The translations under genes were made by a program, and so were the position numbers. The notes under the pieces are model-generated. The model made no database searches and was not told where the DNA came from. It saw only the letters and a program-made list of their open reading frames with translations. From Octopus vulgaris (Eukaryota), in assembly GCA_951406725.2 (NCBI GenBank), contig OX597827.1, forward strand, positions 52,638,001 to 52,702,000: a DNA stretch of 64,000 bases, given 5' to 3'. This document shows, one piece after another, positions 38,830 to 50,924 of the stretch (position 1 is its first letter; every line of letters begins with the position of its first letter).

Positions 38830-40330
38830 CTGATCACAAGACTGTCCCATGTAAAGAAGGGATGGAAATCTCCAGCTCCTCCTCACCTAGCTGATTTCTC
38901 TGATTAATTAATAGAGAGATGATGTATTATGGTGTAGACATTGCTGCACCACCAGAAACATGACTAAGAGAGCTAGGAAAGTTATGAGAGCAAAACTACA
39001 ACCTCATCTGAGTAGGAAGTGAGGATGTTCTACGGAGTGAAGGTCATGTTGGCCTAGCTATTATGATCCCTCTTGTCACCAAACTGATGTCATTTGCAAT
39101 TGCTATATCTGATAGACTAATGAAGGTGGAATTAGACAGCAACCAAGATATAACTCTTTTTAGTGTTTATGTTACAGTGATGACAAATAAACGGAACTAG
39201 AAAGAAGATTTCTATGATTTGTTGCATAGATCCTCAGAGACAAAGCCAACAACTGGTAGGCTGCTTGTCTCAGGTATTTTAATGAATGAACGAGGTGGGA
39301 TTACCAAATCTGGGACTACATATTAGGTCACTTTAGAAAAAAGCAACTCAACTGACCACCCATCACCATTGAAAATGTCTACTGAAACTATCCAACAAAT
39401 ATAATCTAGCTGTAACAAACAACTTTCAAAAAGTGGATTTGCAGCTGGTGCCATCTTCCCTTGAAATGATGACAACTGTGGAACTATGCTCTTAATTGCA
39501 GAAACAACATTACAGGCATAAGCTGTAAGCAAGCCATGAAGGGTAAGAAGGTCCGATTGCTTCACTGACCACACACTGATAAGTGCTACAAGCAATTTTT
39601 CTGTGAGGACAAAGACAAGGAAGATAGCAGAATTGAAATGAAAAGACTAGATATCAACAAATTGAGAAATAATAAAGTGCAACATGAAGTTGCCACAAAT
39701 ATGACCACCAAATTGAAAATGTTACTCAATAATGTACTAGCTAACAGCACAAAGCAATCTGCAAAACAGCTGCTACATCAATTGACTTCCTAATCATAAA
39801 TATGTTGACTGGTTTGATGAAAATGCAAATATACGACAGCTGTTAAGTGAAAAATGAAAGTATGATCAAGCCAGCCATGAATGGACAAAATTCATGGCAA
39901 GTTACTAGCTGACCCAAAGATGCAACTGTCTTGCTACAAAAAAAATTGAAGCTGTTGAAGAACTGATTGTTGCCAGAAAACAGACAAAATTCAGGCCTTT
40001 GCTGACACTAACAATGTAAATGCCTTCTATGCTAGTCTGATAAAAGTCTACTGTCCCCACAAAGGTGGTAATGCATTGAGAAAAGTGATACTATGAAAAA
40101 CTGGTAAGGACATTTTTGTAACCTACTAAACTGGCCCTCAGCAATTTTTAATCATGAGAAATGTGTTCAAACAGATTCCAGGAGATATCAGATTAAATTT
40201 ACTATCAAACATGGAGAAACTGGAAACTACCATATATGAGGAGGGGACAGAAAAAAGATCCTGATACTAACAACACTCTCATGGTAGTTTATAAGCATGA
40301 AAGGAAGGAATTGCACTGCATATACATATA
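38830..40330 (+). mobile_element. RTE (BovB-like) LINE 5' remnant: APE endonuclease and linker
   Basis: Fragments HVGLAI, TLFSVYV, KEDFYDLL, DWFDEN and AFADTNNVNAFYASLIKVYCP. Confidence 0.65.
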
Positions 40331-40585
40331 AGTTTGTAATTATCTGTAGACATAAATAACTTTTAATGTTTAATATTTTCAAGAATAATCAAACTACAGG
40401 ATTCTAATTTAGCCTTACTTCATATTATGGACTCTTCTAAAACTTTATATTTTATATATAGCATTGTAATATACCTTATATTATACATTGTGTCGTAATA
40501 CATTTTAACTTCATATGTCCAAAGAGAATGGTCTAATTAAACATTCGATTGTTAAAATTATTTAACCCACCATTTCTTAGAATTG

Positions 40586-40684
40586 TAACCTTGTGAGAGA
40601 AATATGAGAGAAATATAGAATATTGCTATGCTTGGAGTTAATTCACCCATAGCAACCTATATATTTTCAAAACGGCCGTAAGAC
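40586..40684 (+). ncRNA. Hammerhead-like motif with long stem II, decayed
   Basis: CTTGTGA, then hairpin GAAATATAG..TTGCTATG/CATAGCAA..CTATATATTTTC, then AAAA CGGCCG TA AGAC. The 5' core and stem I are degenerate. Confidence 0.4.
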
Positions 40685-41109
40685 TTTATACATGATCCAG
40701 ACTCCTTATGAATCAGTTTACATCTGCCTCATCATCCTTTTCATTCGGACTTCGCAAGGTCTTCAGAAATACTGCCCAAATGTGTGAAAATTTTCATCAT
40801 TCTTACACATCAAAATAATGTGTAATTTTCTAAACATATTTCAGAGAATGAGCTCACAAGAGATGAGTGATTTGTATAAAGGACACTAGGATGTAAAGTT
40901 GCAGAGTTAAAGTAACTGAAACAACAAAAGGAAAGAGAGAGGAAAAAGCTAGAGCAAGAGAAGTTTATCATTATTTAATTCCATGTCCTATATACTAAGC
41001 ATTGGTTTGCTAAAGTTGTCAAAATGTAAAATTAGACTAGAAAGTTTCCCTATTTTGAGAGTTACGCTGACAGTTTGGACTTGGTTGTATATAGGTTAAT
41101 AGATTTTGT

Positions 41110-41490
41110 TTTTACACTCATTTATCATATTGACTCCAATGCTTGACTAGTACTTATTTCACTGACCTCAAAAGGATGAAAAGCAAACTTGACCATAAAC
41201 ATAAAGACAGATGAAATGCCACAAAGCATTTTGTCAGGCATGCTAAGTCAGCTGACTCAAGGCAACAACAACAACAATAATAATAATGGTTTCAAATTTT
41301 GGCAAAAGGCCAGCAACTTCAGGAGAGAGGTAAGTTGATTACACTGACTCCAGCGCTCAATTAGTACCTATTCTATTGTCACCGAAAGGATGAAAGGTAA
41401 AGTCAATCTCAGTGGAATTTGAATTCAGAACATAGAGATGGACAAAATACTGCTAAGCATTTTGCCTGATGTGCTAACGATTCTGCCACT
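41110..41490 (-). mobile_element. Two tandem SINE family A copies
   Basis: Two AAAGGATGAAA cores with B-box reverse complements; a degraded plus-strand copy follows at about 41655-41820. Confidence 0.75.
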
Positions 41491-42399
41491 TAATAATAAA
41501 AAAATGAGAACCATATCCTTTTTTTGTCCAATATTACTCGAGAACAAAACTCTGAATCTATTTTAATTCATATTAAACCTAAACAGGATGAAAAACTAGT
41601 ATATTTTTGGTGCTTTTTGAACTTAATTACAACTACAGTTACTACTCGATAAAGCCAGTGGCAGACTGCACAAACAAACAGCCTTATGGTTTTTATTTAC
41701 AGTCTTTTACATTCTGAGCATAAATCTTGTCAGAGTCAACTTTTGTCTTACATTTCTCTGGATAGATTTAATTGACTTATAGCACTTGCCTAAACAGGCC
41801 TTATGCCCATGTTATAAAAGGAAAAATTATGATTACTGCAATTAAGGTATGTAATTTAAATATCTTATTAATTAAAACTGCAATTAAAAACATTGTTTCT
41901 GAAATTCAGTGGTTCAGCATATCATAGCCAAGCTCAAATTTGATAAAGTGTGGCCAGCCTCTTGTAAAAGATTCATATACATTATTTTGCATAACACTCC
42001 TTTGTCTCTCTCTCTCTCTCTGACACACACACTATCATAAAGTATGACATATTCTCAGACCTATAAATAACAGTAATACACATAACATCTGCAAGTACAA
42101 ACACAGTTCTTGAGATACTATAATACAAACACGAGCCCCAAGCTGATAGGAAGAGTTGTTGATTGAGTAGACCCCTGATTAAAGCATCCCAATTATAACC
42201 ATTCAATTACCGTTTTAGGGATATCTAAGGCTACATTGTTTAATGTTTTCATTTATTTATTATTTAACCAACAGGATATAATTTGAGAGAGATCTGGCTG
42301 CAAATTCTAGCCAGAAGGACAACCGCATTGAGATCCCCAAGTTGTGTCAAAACCTTTTAATCAAAATCAGAACATTTTGATGTTTTTGTTTTAAATCGT

Positions 42400-43159
42400 A
42401 AATATCATGGCAATTTGTGAAAAGCATTAAAGTTACAATTGTTTCTTTCACTTAGCAGACGCATCAACTTATTCTACGTCGAGTCAATGATTCATTTTTC
42501 TGTGTAATAGTCCGATCTGCTAGACATAGCAGCTAAATTCCTTTGAATAACACACTTATTGCCTTAAAAAGGGAAGGAAAAATCGGATAATGTTGCCCTA
42601 AATATACAAAAAGACGGTCACAGTTGGAACACATTTTTACTTCGTAGGTTTGTTTGCTCAATCGACGCATTTAGTGAACTTTATTGATTTTTGCCGACGT
42701 CAATCCCCGCACTAATTCCCTCGAATATATCGAGCTTTATATATTATATTATTATATTATATTATTGTTACTATGGGGCAACAGGATATAAACATTAAAT
42801 CTGTATAATAATATATTTGTTAAATAGTAGGGAAGAGAGAAGGCAAGTGGAACAGAAAGACCGACAGTATAAATAACATTGATTGATAAGGATGAAGAGA
42901 GAGAGAGAGAACAGGGGGAGGCGACGGGAAAACAAAATGAAGTGATACTCACACATAAGAAAGAGATTTCGATGGATTTGATTTTGATAATTGAAAATAG
43001 AAATAGCGAATGCTTGATGTTTTATTTTGTCATAACAAATGACAGCAGTAAAATCTGGATTAACAGTTGTCTGCTGCGTTATTGAGAGGAGGTGGAAGGA
43101 GAAAAAATAGAGACGGGAAGGGAGGCGAAAAGAAGAAAGAAAACGATAGAAAGGAAATC

Positions 43160-43192
<33 letters not shown>

Positions 43193-43285
43193 ATGAGAAC
43201 AAATTAAAGATAGTGAAGAGAAAGAGTCGCAGAGAAATGAAGAGAGTATATAAGGGGAGTACATGAGGAGAAAGGAAGGAAAAAG

Positions 43286-43340
<55 letters not shown>

Positions 43341-43422
43341 GAGAACAAATTAAAGATAGTGAAGAGAAAGAGTCGCAGAGAAATGAAGAGAGTATATAAG
43401 GAGAAAGGAAGGAAAAAGTGCG

Positions 43423-43506
<84 letters not shown>

Positions 43507-44500
43507 TTAAAAAGGGAGTGAGTTATAAAAGAGAAAAGAGAATGTAAAATAACAAAGACGTATTGAATACGATAAGAAATATTATAGTGTGGAGCGTAAA
43601 GCAAAAGAGGATGGACAAAAAGTCTGAATATACGAGTGAAAGGAAGAAACAAAATTTACACTGATGATGTGTTGAGTACATACATACATGTTGAAATTTT
43701 TACACAATGTTGTGCAGATACAAAGAGCAAACGTAAATGCAAAAAAAAAAAAAATGGATAAATAAAGCTCAAAGAAGCCGAGTAAGAATCGAACCTACGT
43801 CTTCTTTGTCGATGCCTAAGCGCAATTATTGCTGTACTACAAACCCTCAACAAAGGTAAGGAGAGTTCGATTCTTACTAGAATCTCAGTTTCTTTTCACG
43901 TTCGCTCAATATATCTGAGCAAATCTGTTAAAAGAAATATGGATGGATATTATTTATTTTTCAAATTATAGTTTAGTAAGTATTGCATTCTTTATTGTCC
44001 GTAGGGGGCTAAGCATAGAGGGAACAAACAAGGACAGACAAAGGGATTAAGTCGATTACTTTGATCCCAGTGCGTAACTGGTACTTATTTAATCAACCCC
44101 GAAAGGATGAAAAGCAAAGTAGACCTCGGCGGAATTAGAACTCAGAACGTAACAGCAGACGAAATACCACTAAGCACTTCGCCCGGTGTGCTAACGATTC
44201 TACCAGCTCGCCGTCCTTTACTAAGTATAAAAACAAAAATACGCGCGGGTACGCATTGTTGTTTAACTCCGGGTCAGATTAGATCGAGCAGACAGACCTA
44301 AGACAGTAGGTATACCAGCCATAACCGTCTCCTCTTTTTCAGGGAACTTAGGTCGCGTTATACATGTTGCTTTTCTTTTAGGATGCGACATCAAGGAGAT
44401 TTAGCTGCCGTTTCTAGCAGGCTGAGCAACCACTTAGATGCTACCACATTCTCTCTCTCTCTCTCTGACACGAACACACACGCACATCGTTACATGCATA
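42400..44500. promoter_or_regulatory. CpG-retaining island, candidate internal promoter
   Basis: Visibly more CpG than the flanks (e.g. GCCGACGTCAATCCCCGC, ACGCGCGGGTACGC) with central GA tracts. Divergent donors: minus ATGT|GTGAGTA (GT at 42952-42951) and plus AAG|GTAAGG (GT at 43856). Confidence 0.45.
43985..44220 (-). mobile_element. SINE family A, CpG-intact copy
   Basis: CCCCGAAAGGATGAAAAGCAAAGTAGACCTCGGCGGAATTAGAACTCAGAACG...CCAGCTCGCC. Confidence 0.9.
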
Positions 44501-44899
44501 GGTGTACAGTATATATGCATGGCTATTTGGAAAGATATTCTCATTGATTTCTATATCAGCATACAAATAGATTTTATTGATAATCGTAGGTAATAGAAAA
44601 CAAAGATTAAAATGAAAACTAGAGCAGGGAAGAATCTTCTTTGAGAGCTAAAGTATTTGTTCAAGAGAACTTATCTATCGATAAGCAGATAGTAATGATG
44701 GTGGTATTGGTGGTTTTGGGAGGCATCTACACTAGAAAAGATTAGTTGAAAGAGGCGGAGTGGGGGAGACGGTAGTTTAAGAAAGTAGAACAGAGTTATG
44801 TGGAATGGATTGTCAAATATTCAAGCATCTAAATCTTTTAGCAATCTACACTTCATACCTGTTCAGTTTTTGATTATTTTTTTAATTACTATCGGTATG

Positions 44900-45310
44900 C
44901 ATAAAATCCTTAGTAAAAGATACAATTTGGCAGTCACTAAAAATCTATAAGACACTGCTTTCCAACTTATTCTTAAAAAAAAACTGTTTTCTTTATTAAA
45001 CACCAAGGGTTCACAAAAAGATTTTGGGGAAGGTACAGGACAATACAATGTGGGGGTAACATAAAAAGCATGTAAAAAAGCAAAAAAAAAATTACAAAAT
45101 TATAAATTTTAACTAAGAATAATTCCTCCAAAAAGGAAGACTAGGGCTGCTTGTGGAAACCCCACAAAACTACAGAGGCCCTGAATACAGAGTGTCTCTC
45201 CATATCGAGAACAGGGTCATGTTTAGAGTAGGCCCATTCACTTGTATCATTCCTGCCATGTTCACCCACCTTTCAACAAGCACTTCTCTTTCTACCTTCA
45301 CATTCCCTTT
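44900..45310 (-). mobile_element. Possible L1/Tx1-type LINE 3' end
   Basis: LKGNVKVEREVLVERWVNMA followed by a T-rich 3' UTR-like region. Confidence 0.35.
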
Positions 45311-45319
45311 CAAATAATA

Positions 45320-45660
45320 ATAAGAGCACTCAGAGAGCGCAAACCTCAGCCAAGGCAACACTAACATCTTCTCAATGATTTTTAAAACGATTTTTAAAAT
45401 GAAATAAAAACTCAACTACTTTCACAAATGAGAGTATTAAAAATGAATCCGACTGCTTTCAAAAATTAAGTGAAAAAAACAGGAAAAATAATCCAGAATC
45501 CTTGTCCGGTACCAGATCAATCCCAAAATCTAACCAGTTTGTGCCAGCCACGAGGCTAAACATCCCTGCAAGTTTCATCCGAATGCATCCAGCAGTTCTT
45601 GAGATATCTTGTCCACGGATTGAAAACAATACCTCCGCCTTTGCTAAGACAGAGTTAATA
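45320..45660 (+). mobile_element. Non-autonomous element with terminal hairpin (Helentron/Helitron-like)
   Basis: ACCTC(A/C)GCC motif near both ends; 3' hairpin CTCCGCCTT TGCT AAGACAGAG; flanked by TAA runs. Confidence 0.4.
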
Positions 45661-46197
45661 ATACAAGAAAAGATATGACAACCCAGGGGGAGTAATCCAC
45701 TGGGAGTTACATAGAAAGCTAGGATTTGAGCATACTGGTAAATGGTATGAACATAAACCCAGTAAAGTACTAGAAAGTACGAAATATAAGATGTGGGACT
45801 TTAACATTCAGATGGACAGAGTATTAGAAGCTAGAAGGCCTGATATAGTAGAAGTAGATAAAGAGAATAGAAAGTGCCAGCTAATTGACTTTACAGTCCC
45901 AAATGATGAGAAAGTCAATATGAGAGGTATAGAGAAAGTAGCAAAGAACCAGGACCTAGCCATTGAGTTACAGAAACTATGGAAATTGCAGGTAAAGTGT
46001 ATCCCTGTAGTTATAGGTGTATTAGGAACTATTTCTAAAGATTTGAACAGATGGATAGAGGAAATAGGCATAAAACCCAGTTTAGTACAGCTCCAGAAAA
46101 CAGTGTTATTAGGGATAGCAAGGATACTCAAGGATACTTTTTGGCATTTAAGGTTACTTGTTGTAGCCCAATGTTAGGAAATTTTCTTTTCCAACAG
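45661..46197 (+). mobile_element. R4/Dong-clade non-LTR retrotransposon 3' end (restriction-like endonuclease domain)
   Basis: YKKRYDN..VIHWEL..KWYEHKP..WDFNIQMDRVLEARRPDIV..LIDFTVP..K..DLAIEL..IPVVIGVLG (PD..D..K type RLE); followed by (TAA)n. Confidence 0.85.
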
Positions 46198-46209
46198 TAA
46201 TAATAATAA

Positions 46210-46588
46210 TAGGAGCACTCCGTCGGTTGCGACGATGAGGGTCCCAGCTGATACGATCAACGGAACAGCTTGCTTGTGATATTAACGTGCAAGTGGCTGA
46301 GCACTACACAGACATGTGTACCCTTAACGTAGTTCTTGAGGAGATTCAGCGTGACACAGAGTGTGACAAGGCTGGCCCTTTGAAATACAGGTACAAGAGA
46401 AACAGGAAGAAAGAGCGAGAGAAAGTTGTGGTGAAAGAGTACAGCAGGGTTCACCACCACCCCCTGCCGGAGCCTCGTGGAGCTTTAGGTGTTTTCGCTC
46501 AATAAACACTCACAATGCCCAGTCTGGGAATCGAAACCGCGATCCTCCGACCGCGAGTCCGCTGCCCTAACTACTGCGCCATTGCAAT
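46210..46588 (-). mobile_element. tRNA-derived SINE family C
   Basis: Minus head GCAATGGCGCAGTAGTTAGGGCAGCGGACTCGCGG..GGTTTCGATTCCC. The body is shared with 62580-62905; the head is also at about 60100-60205. Confidence 0.8.
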
Positions 46589-46989
46589 CACCATCATCAT
46601 CATTTTGGCACATGGGCAGCAACTTCAGGGGAGTGGGGGGGGGGGGGTTAAGTCAGTTACATCAACCCCATTGTTCAACTGGTACTTATGTTACTGACCC
46701 CGAAAGGATGAAAGGCAAAGTCATATATGCATGAGAAAGTGTATACATGTTGGTTCTTATTATTGAACTTTAGCAGCAGATCTATGATAAAGGTGTTCTA
46801 GACATGATTATTTCATCCTTTTTTTCCCCAGACACAGAGTATCTAGGACTAGGTTATCCAATGTATCATTCTTGGTGACAGATTATGATTTGAGGGATAT
46901 CTGGCTGTTATTTCTATCATGCTGAGGAACTGCTCATATATAGGTAGGTGGTTGTGTATGACTGTTAGATATGTATGTGGTAAATACAT

Positions 46990-47285
46990 AGAGGTGTTGG
47001 TATAAGTGATAAAGTCCTTTGGTGATGTGCTGTACTTGAGAAGACTCATCAAACCAAATGAAATCGTAGTCATAGTTGATGCCGGTATCATGCAACTGGC
47101 ACCCATGATGGTGATTGTAAAAAGCACCCATTACACTCTTGGAGTGGTTGCTGTCAGGAAGGGCATCCAGCAGTAGAAACCATGCCAAATCAGATTGGAA
47201 CTTGGTGCAACTCTCTGGCTTACCAGTTCCAGTCAAACTGTCTAACCCATGCCAGCATGGAAAGCAGACACTAAATGATGATATG
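46990..47285 (+). mobile_element. RTE-family 3' UTR copy
   Basis: Shared GGAAGGGCATCCAGC...CCATGCCAGCATGGAAAGCAGAC..AAATGATGAT terminus. Confidence 0.65.
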
Positions 47286-47995
47286 CATCTGCATGTAAAT
47301 AAGTTCATATGTTAATGTGTAAGAATAAATACACATATGATTAATCTGCTCTATTATTTAATAGACAAGCCATCTCAATGAAGAAAGAAATAGAAGTCTC
47401 TCTTCCCATTATGCACCAAATGAATTCTTAATTCCTTCCTCATCCCATAACTGCAGCCAAATTTGATTCATTGCAGTGTGGTACTGGAACTTTTCCTAGT
47501 AAAGTCGTCGTCACATCTGATCCTTTATATTCAGAAGCTTTATTCAAATGAATGTCCAAGCCTTCTGACATCAAAATGGTTGTCCCCTCACATAGTCTTG
47601 ATCATGTGTAAGCATGTAAAATGCATGCAATGCGACAATATTTTACTTTCAACTATAGGCACAAGGCCTGGAATTATATTGATTCCCCCCACCCCCACCC
47701 AGTGCTCAACTGGTACTTATTTTATCGACTTCAAAAGGAGGCAAGGCAAAGTCAACTTTGGTAAAATCTGATCACAGCATAAAGCCAGAAAGCATAACAA
47801 TGGTATTACACACCCTGGAAACTATTTTCTTTCATTATTCATGAACTGTTTTTAGCATTGTTTACAATGTTTGTTTCTGTATCAGTTGACAAATGACACT
47901 CCAAGAGAATTTGAAATAGCATTAAGTTTGAGAGATTGATTTCGCCTTTTGTTCCCTATCAAAATATTATTAATTTGATTAGTATACATCTTTAA

Positions 47996-48217
47996 CCCTT
48001 TAACGTTCAGATTTCTTTGTCAAATGTAATGCTTATTTATTCACATTCTTTACATTTAATCATATATATGATTTTGTATCTTTGAGATTTCAAAGTTATG
48101 ATTGTTTATTTTTAGAATGACATTGCAGGGTAGGTGTGAGAGGCTGAATTTGGTCAGTTTAAAGATAGAACAGGTAGAATATTTAGGCTGGATATTGTTG
48201 GTGTAAATGCTAAAGGG
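47996..48217. mobile_element. piggyBac-type MITE
   Basis: TTAA|CCCTTTA ... TAAAGGG|TTAA (TTAA TSD and CCC/GGG termini). A related partial inverted copy lies at about 60735-60865. Confidence 0.8.
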
Positions 48218-48464
48218 TTAAGAAGTACAATTATATGTATACCTGCTTCAGATATAAATATATTTAGCTTGTGATTCATCATTTCTTCTACATCAGTACC
48301 AAACTAAAGCTGTAGTTTCAGAAGATGCTGTAGAAATTGGTTGTATTTTTCTGTCCATCAAAGCAAATGAATGATTCATACCGAGAGAAGAACGGACTGA
48401 TAACTCAAAAGTATATGATTGAAATATATATTAGCAGAACATGCTTCTGCTAATATATATTTCA

Positions 48465-48675
48465 AGGTGGCAAGCTGGCAGAAACGGGTGAAATGCTTCG
48501 CGGTATTTCATCTGCGTTCAAATTCCACCGAGGTCGACTTTGCCTGTCATCCTTTCGGGGTCGATAAATTAAGTACCAGTTACGCACTGGGGTTGATGTA
48601 ATCGACTTAATTCCTTTGTCTGTCCTTGTTTGTCCCCTCTATGTTTAGCCCCTTGTGGGCAATAAAGAAATAAGA
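48465..48675 (+). mobile_element. SINE family A
   Basis: GTTCAAATTCCACCGAGGTCGACTTTGCCTGTCATCCTTTCGGGGTCGATAAATTAAGTACCAG. Confidence 0.9.
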
Positions 48676-48799
48676 ACAGGCTTCTGTCAGCTATTCATTT
48701 AGCTATCTTGATTGAATAAAATGGAAGTTATCACATGTTTACTTCTGGTCTTATTAAACCATGAACATGAGCTGTTATCAAGAAGGCAAAGGTATTGTC

Positions 48800-50480
48800 A
48801 GGCACAAATGTTTCTGGAACACTAGTTCAGGAAAACATAAATCTTAACTGTTTCTACTTTATTCTTAACTCTTCTTACGTCTGGCCACCGAGAGAATGAA
48901 TCACTTGACATAAGCACGATCTGATCTATAGGCATACATATCCACATAACCATGTTCAATTTCTCAAGTCTATGGTTGCACTGTGTGATAACTCCAGTTT
49001 TACTCTAGTAGATGGCAAATACCTTCTTACATTAATCCCATATCTTCACAGAAACTTGATGACCATGTACATTATTATGCATAATTTTTATCATCAATTT
49101 TCTTAACAATTCTACATTTCATAAGATATCTCCAACTGTTATATCATTTTCAATGACTTAAATGGCTTTTCAAACAACAGACATGTGTTCCTATTAAGAA
49201 TGCTTTTTTAATATATGAGATAATAGAGAATTAATTGTTTGTCTCTAATTTTAAATTTCATGCCTTAAAACATTAGTTTCTAGCAGGTAAATGAAATAGA
49301 AAATTAACATAATAAATTCCAACTGTGTGTATATCCAATACACGATATTTCATATCCCTTTGCATATAACAAAATGCTGTCATTTTCAGGCTCATCGTAT
49401 AATACACAGAGATGTTACTTTCGGTAAACCATAATTTTTGAGACCAATTTAAATTTTCAACCAAGCAGAAAATGCCAAGCTCTTTGAGTATACCATACAA
49501 TTGTCATTTCAAATTCAAGTTTCTTGCTTTAGCTGTGATCAATGCTGTTGATAAATATAGTACAGGATGGCAGTCTTGTGGAAGTATTCCTGATACACTC
49601 TTTCACCTGCATCAGTTGTTGAAGCAAACTCTTTTGTTGACATTAGAAATCTGGATTACTGGATTTAATGTTAACATTAGTTATATATCATAAAATTGTT
49701 GGACTAGATGAACATGGGACACCACATTTACAAAGTGATGCATGTGACAATATGCAGTCTAAATAATCATACATATCCCATAGATATTGATAATATCTAC
49801 TCCTTTGTCAGTCTATATCCTGTAAAAAAAAAAGACAAGTCATCAGTCTGCAGAGATGGGTGAATTGTCTTTTTCCTTTTTTGATTGAACATGTCTGATA
49901 AATGATTCCAATCTTTTATGATTTTTATCTACCTTCTTGATATGTTGACTTTCAATACAACTTAATGGTTGTAACTTATCTTGCTTCAGAACATAGTTTC
50001 TTGTCTGATCACAGGCTATTTTTAAATCTAATTTAGCAAAATAATTTAACACTAGAAAGAGAATGAAATAACAGTTTATTAACAAGAATTGGATTATAAT
50101 CTTAACAGATTCCTTTATTTGCACATGTCTTAAGATCTCTATCTGCTTTCATATAACTACTAAAAAGGCCCGTGTACTCCCTTCAGGAGCTATCTTTTCT
50201 AAAATATCTTTATTCAAGAGTTTCTTCAGCTTTGTAGTGATTACTGATTTAATGTGCACTGATGATGGTCTTACCTCAAAATAACATGGCCAGATAATTC
50301 CCTTTAAAACATCTTAATCTTCCAAAATATTCTAGAATTATTAACATTCATCACTTCCATCCATACTGACAAATTATGATTTTTCTTATACTCAGTACCA
50401 ATAACACAACACCTAATCAATCTTCAAGTTCCACTAATGCATCAAACTTTCTGTTAATTTCAATGAATAATCATCAAATT
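48800..50480 (-). mobile_element. Ty3/Gypsy LTR retrotransposon pol remnant (RT and integrase pieces)
   Basis: Minus-strand pieces: LKKLLNKDILEKIAPEGS..VVI, DRDLKTCA, YFAKLDLKIACDQ (RT F.KLDL..AY.Q) and DSFSRWPDV (integrase). Many stops. Confidence 0.7.
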
Positions 50481-50499
50481 ATTTTAATTTGAGATCACA

Positions 50500-50720
50500 T
50501 TACTTCTCTGCATTGAGAGGTCACAACCCCAATACGCATCAATTCTGCTGTGGCAGACAGCTCTTCTTGAGTACAGCAAGATGTCAGATATCTTGGTCCT
50601 TAGTTATCTCCTTTATAAGGCTCAGTGTCTTGAGATTGGCCTTCAACACTTCAACACGTCTTCTTGGGTCTCCCTCTTCCACAAGTTCCATCCATTTTAA
50701 GTGATTGCACAAGTTCAATC
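50500..50720 (-). mobile_element. RTE LINE C-terminal fragment
   Basis: LKMDGTCGRGRPKKT motif on the minus strand. Confidence 0.6.
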
Positions 50721-50924
50721 CACTCCAATAGCAATAATTAAAAAATTTTGGGACATGACCACAAGTTTTGTGAGAGAATGTGATAATACTCAGTGCTAGA
50801 GAGGACCAAACACTTTATCATTTTATTGATATTGAAAGGATGGCAGGTGAGTTGATCCAAGTGGGATTAAAACTCAGAACCTATGGAGATATAATTAAAT
50901 ACTACTACACTCTTTACACAGAAT

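Noticed and set aside
43079-43652. ORFs with ERERER/SLSLSL runs (also 11733-11960, 56975-57420)
   Set aside because: Translations of GA microsatellites.
47463-47771. 102-aa plus-strand ORF / exon with TTGCAG| and |GTAAGC
   Set aside because: No recognisable protein, its 3' part runs into a SINE, and no partner coding exons were found; not excluded as a non-coding exon.
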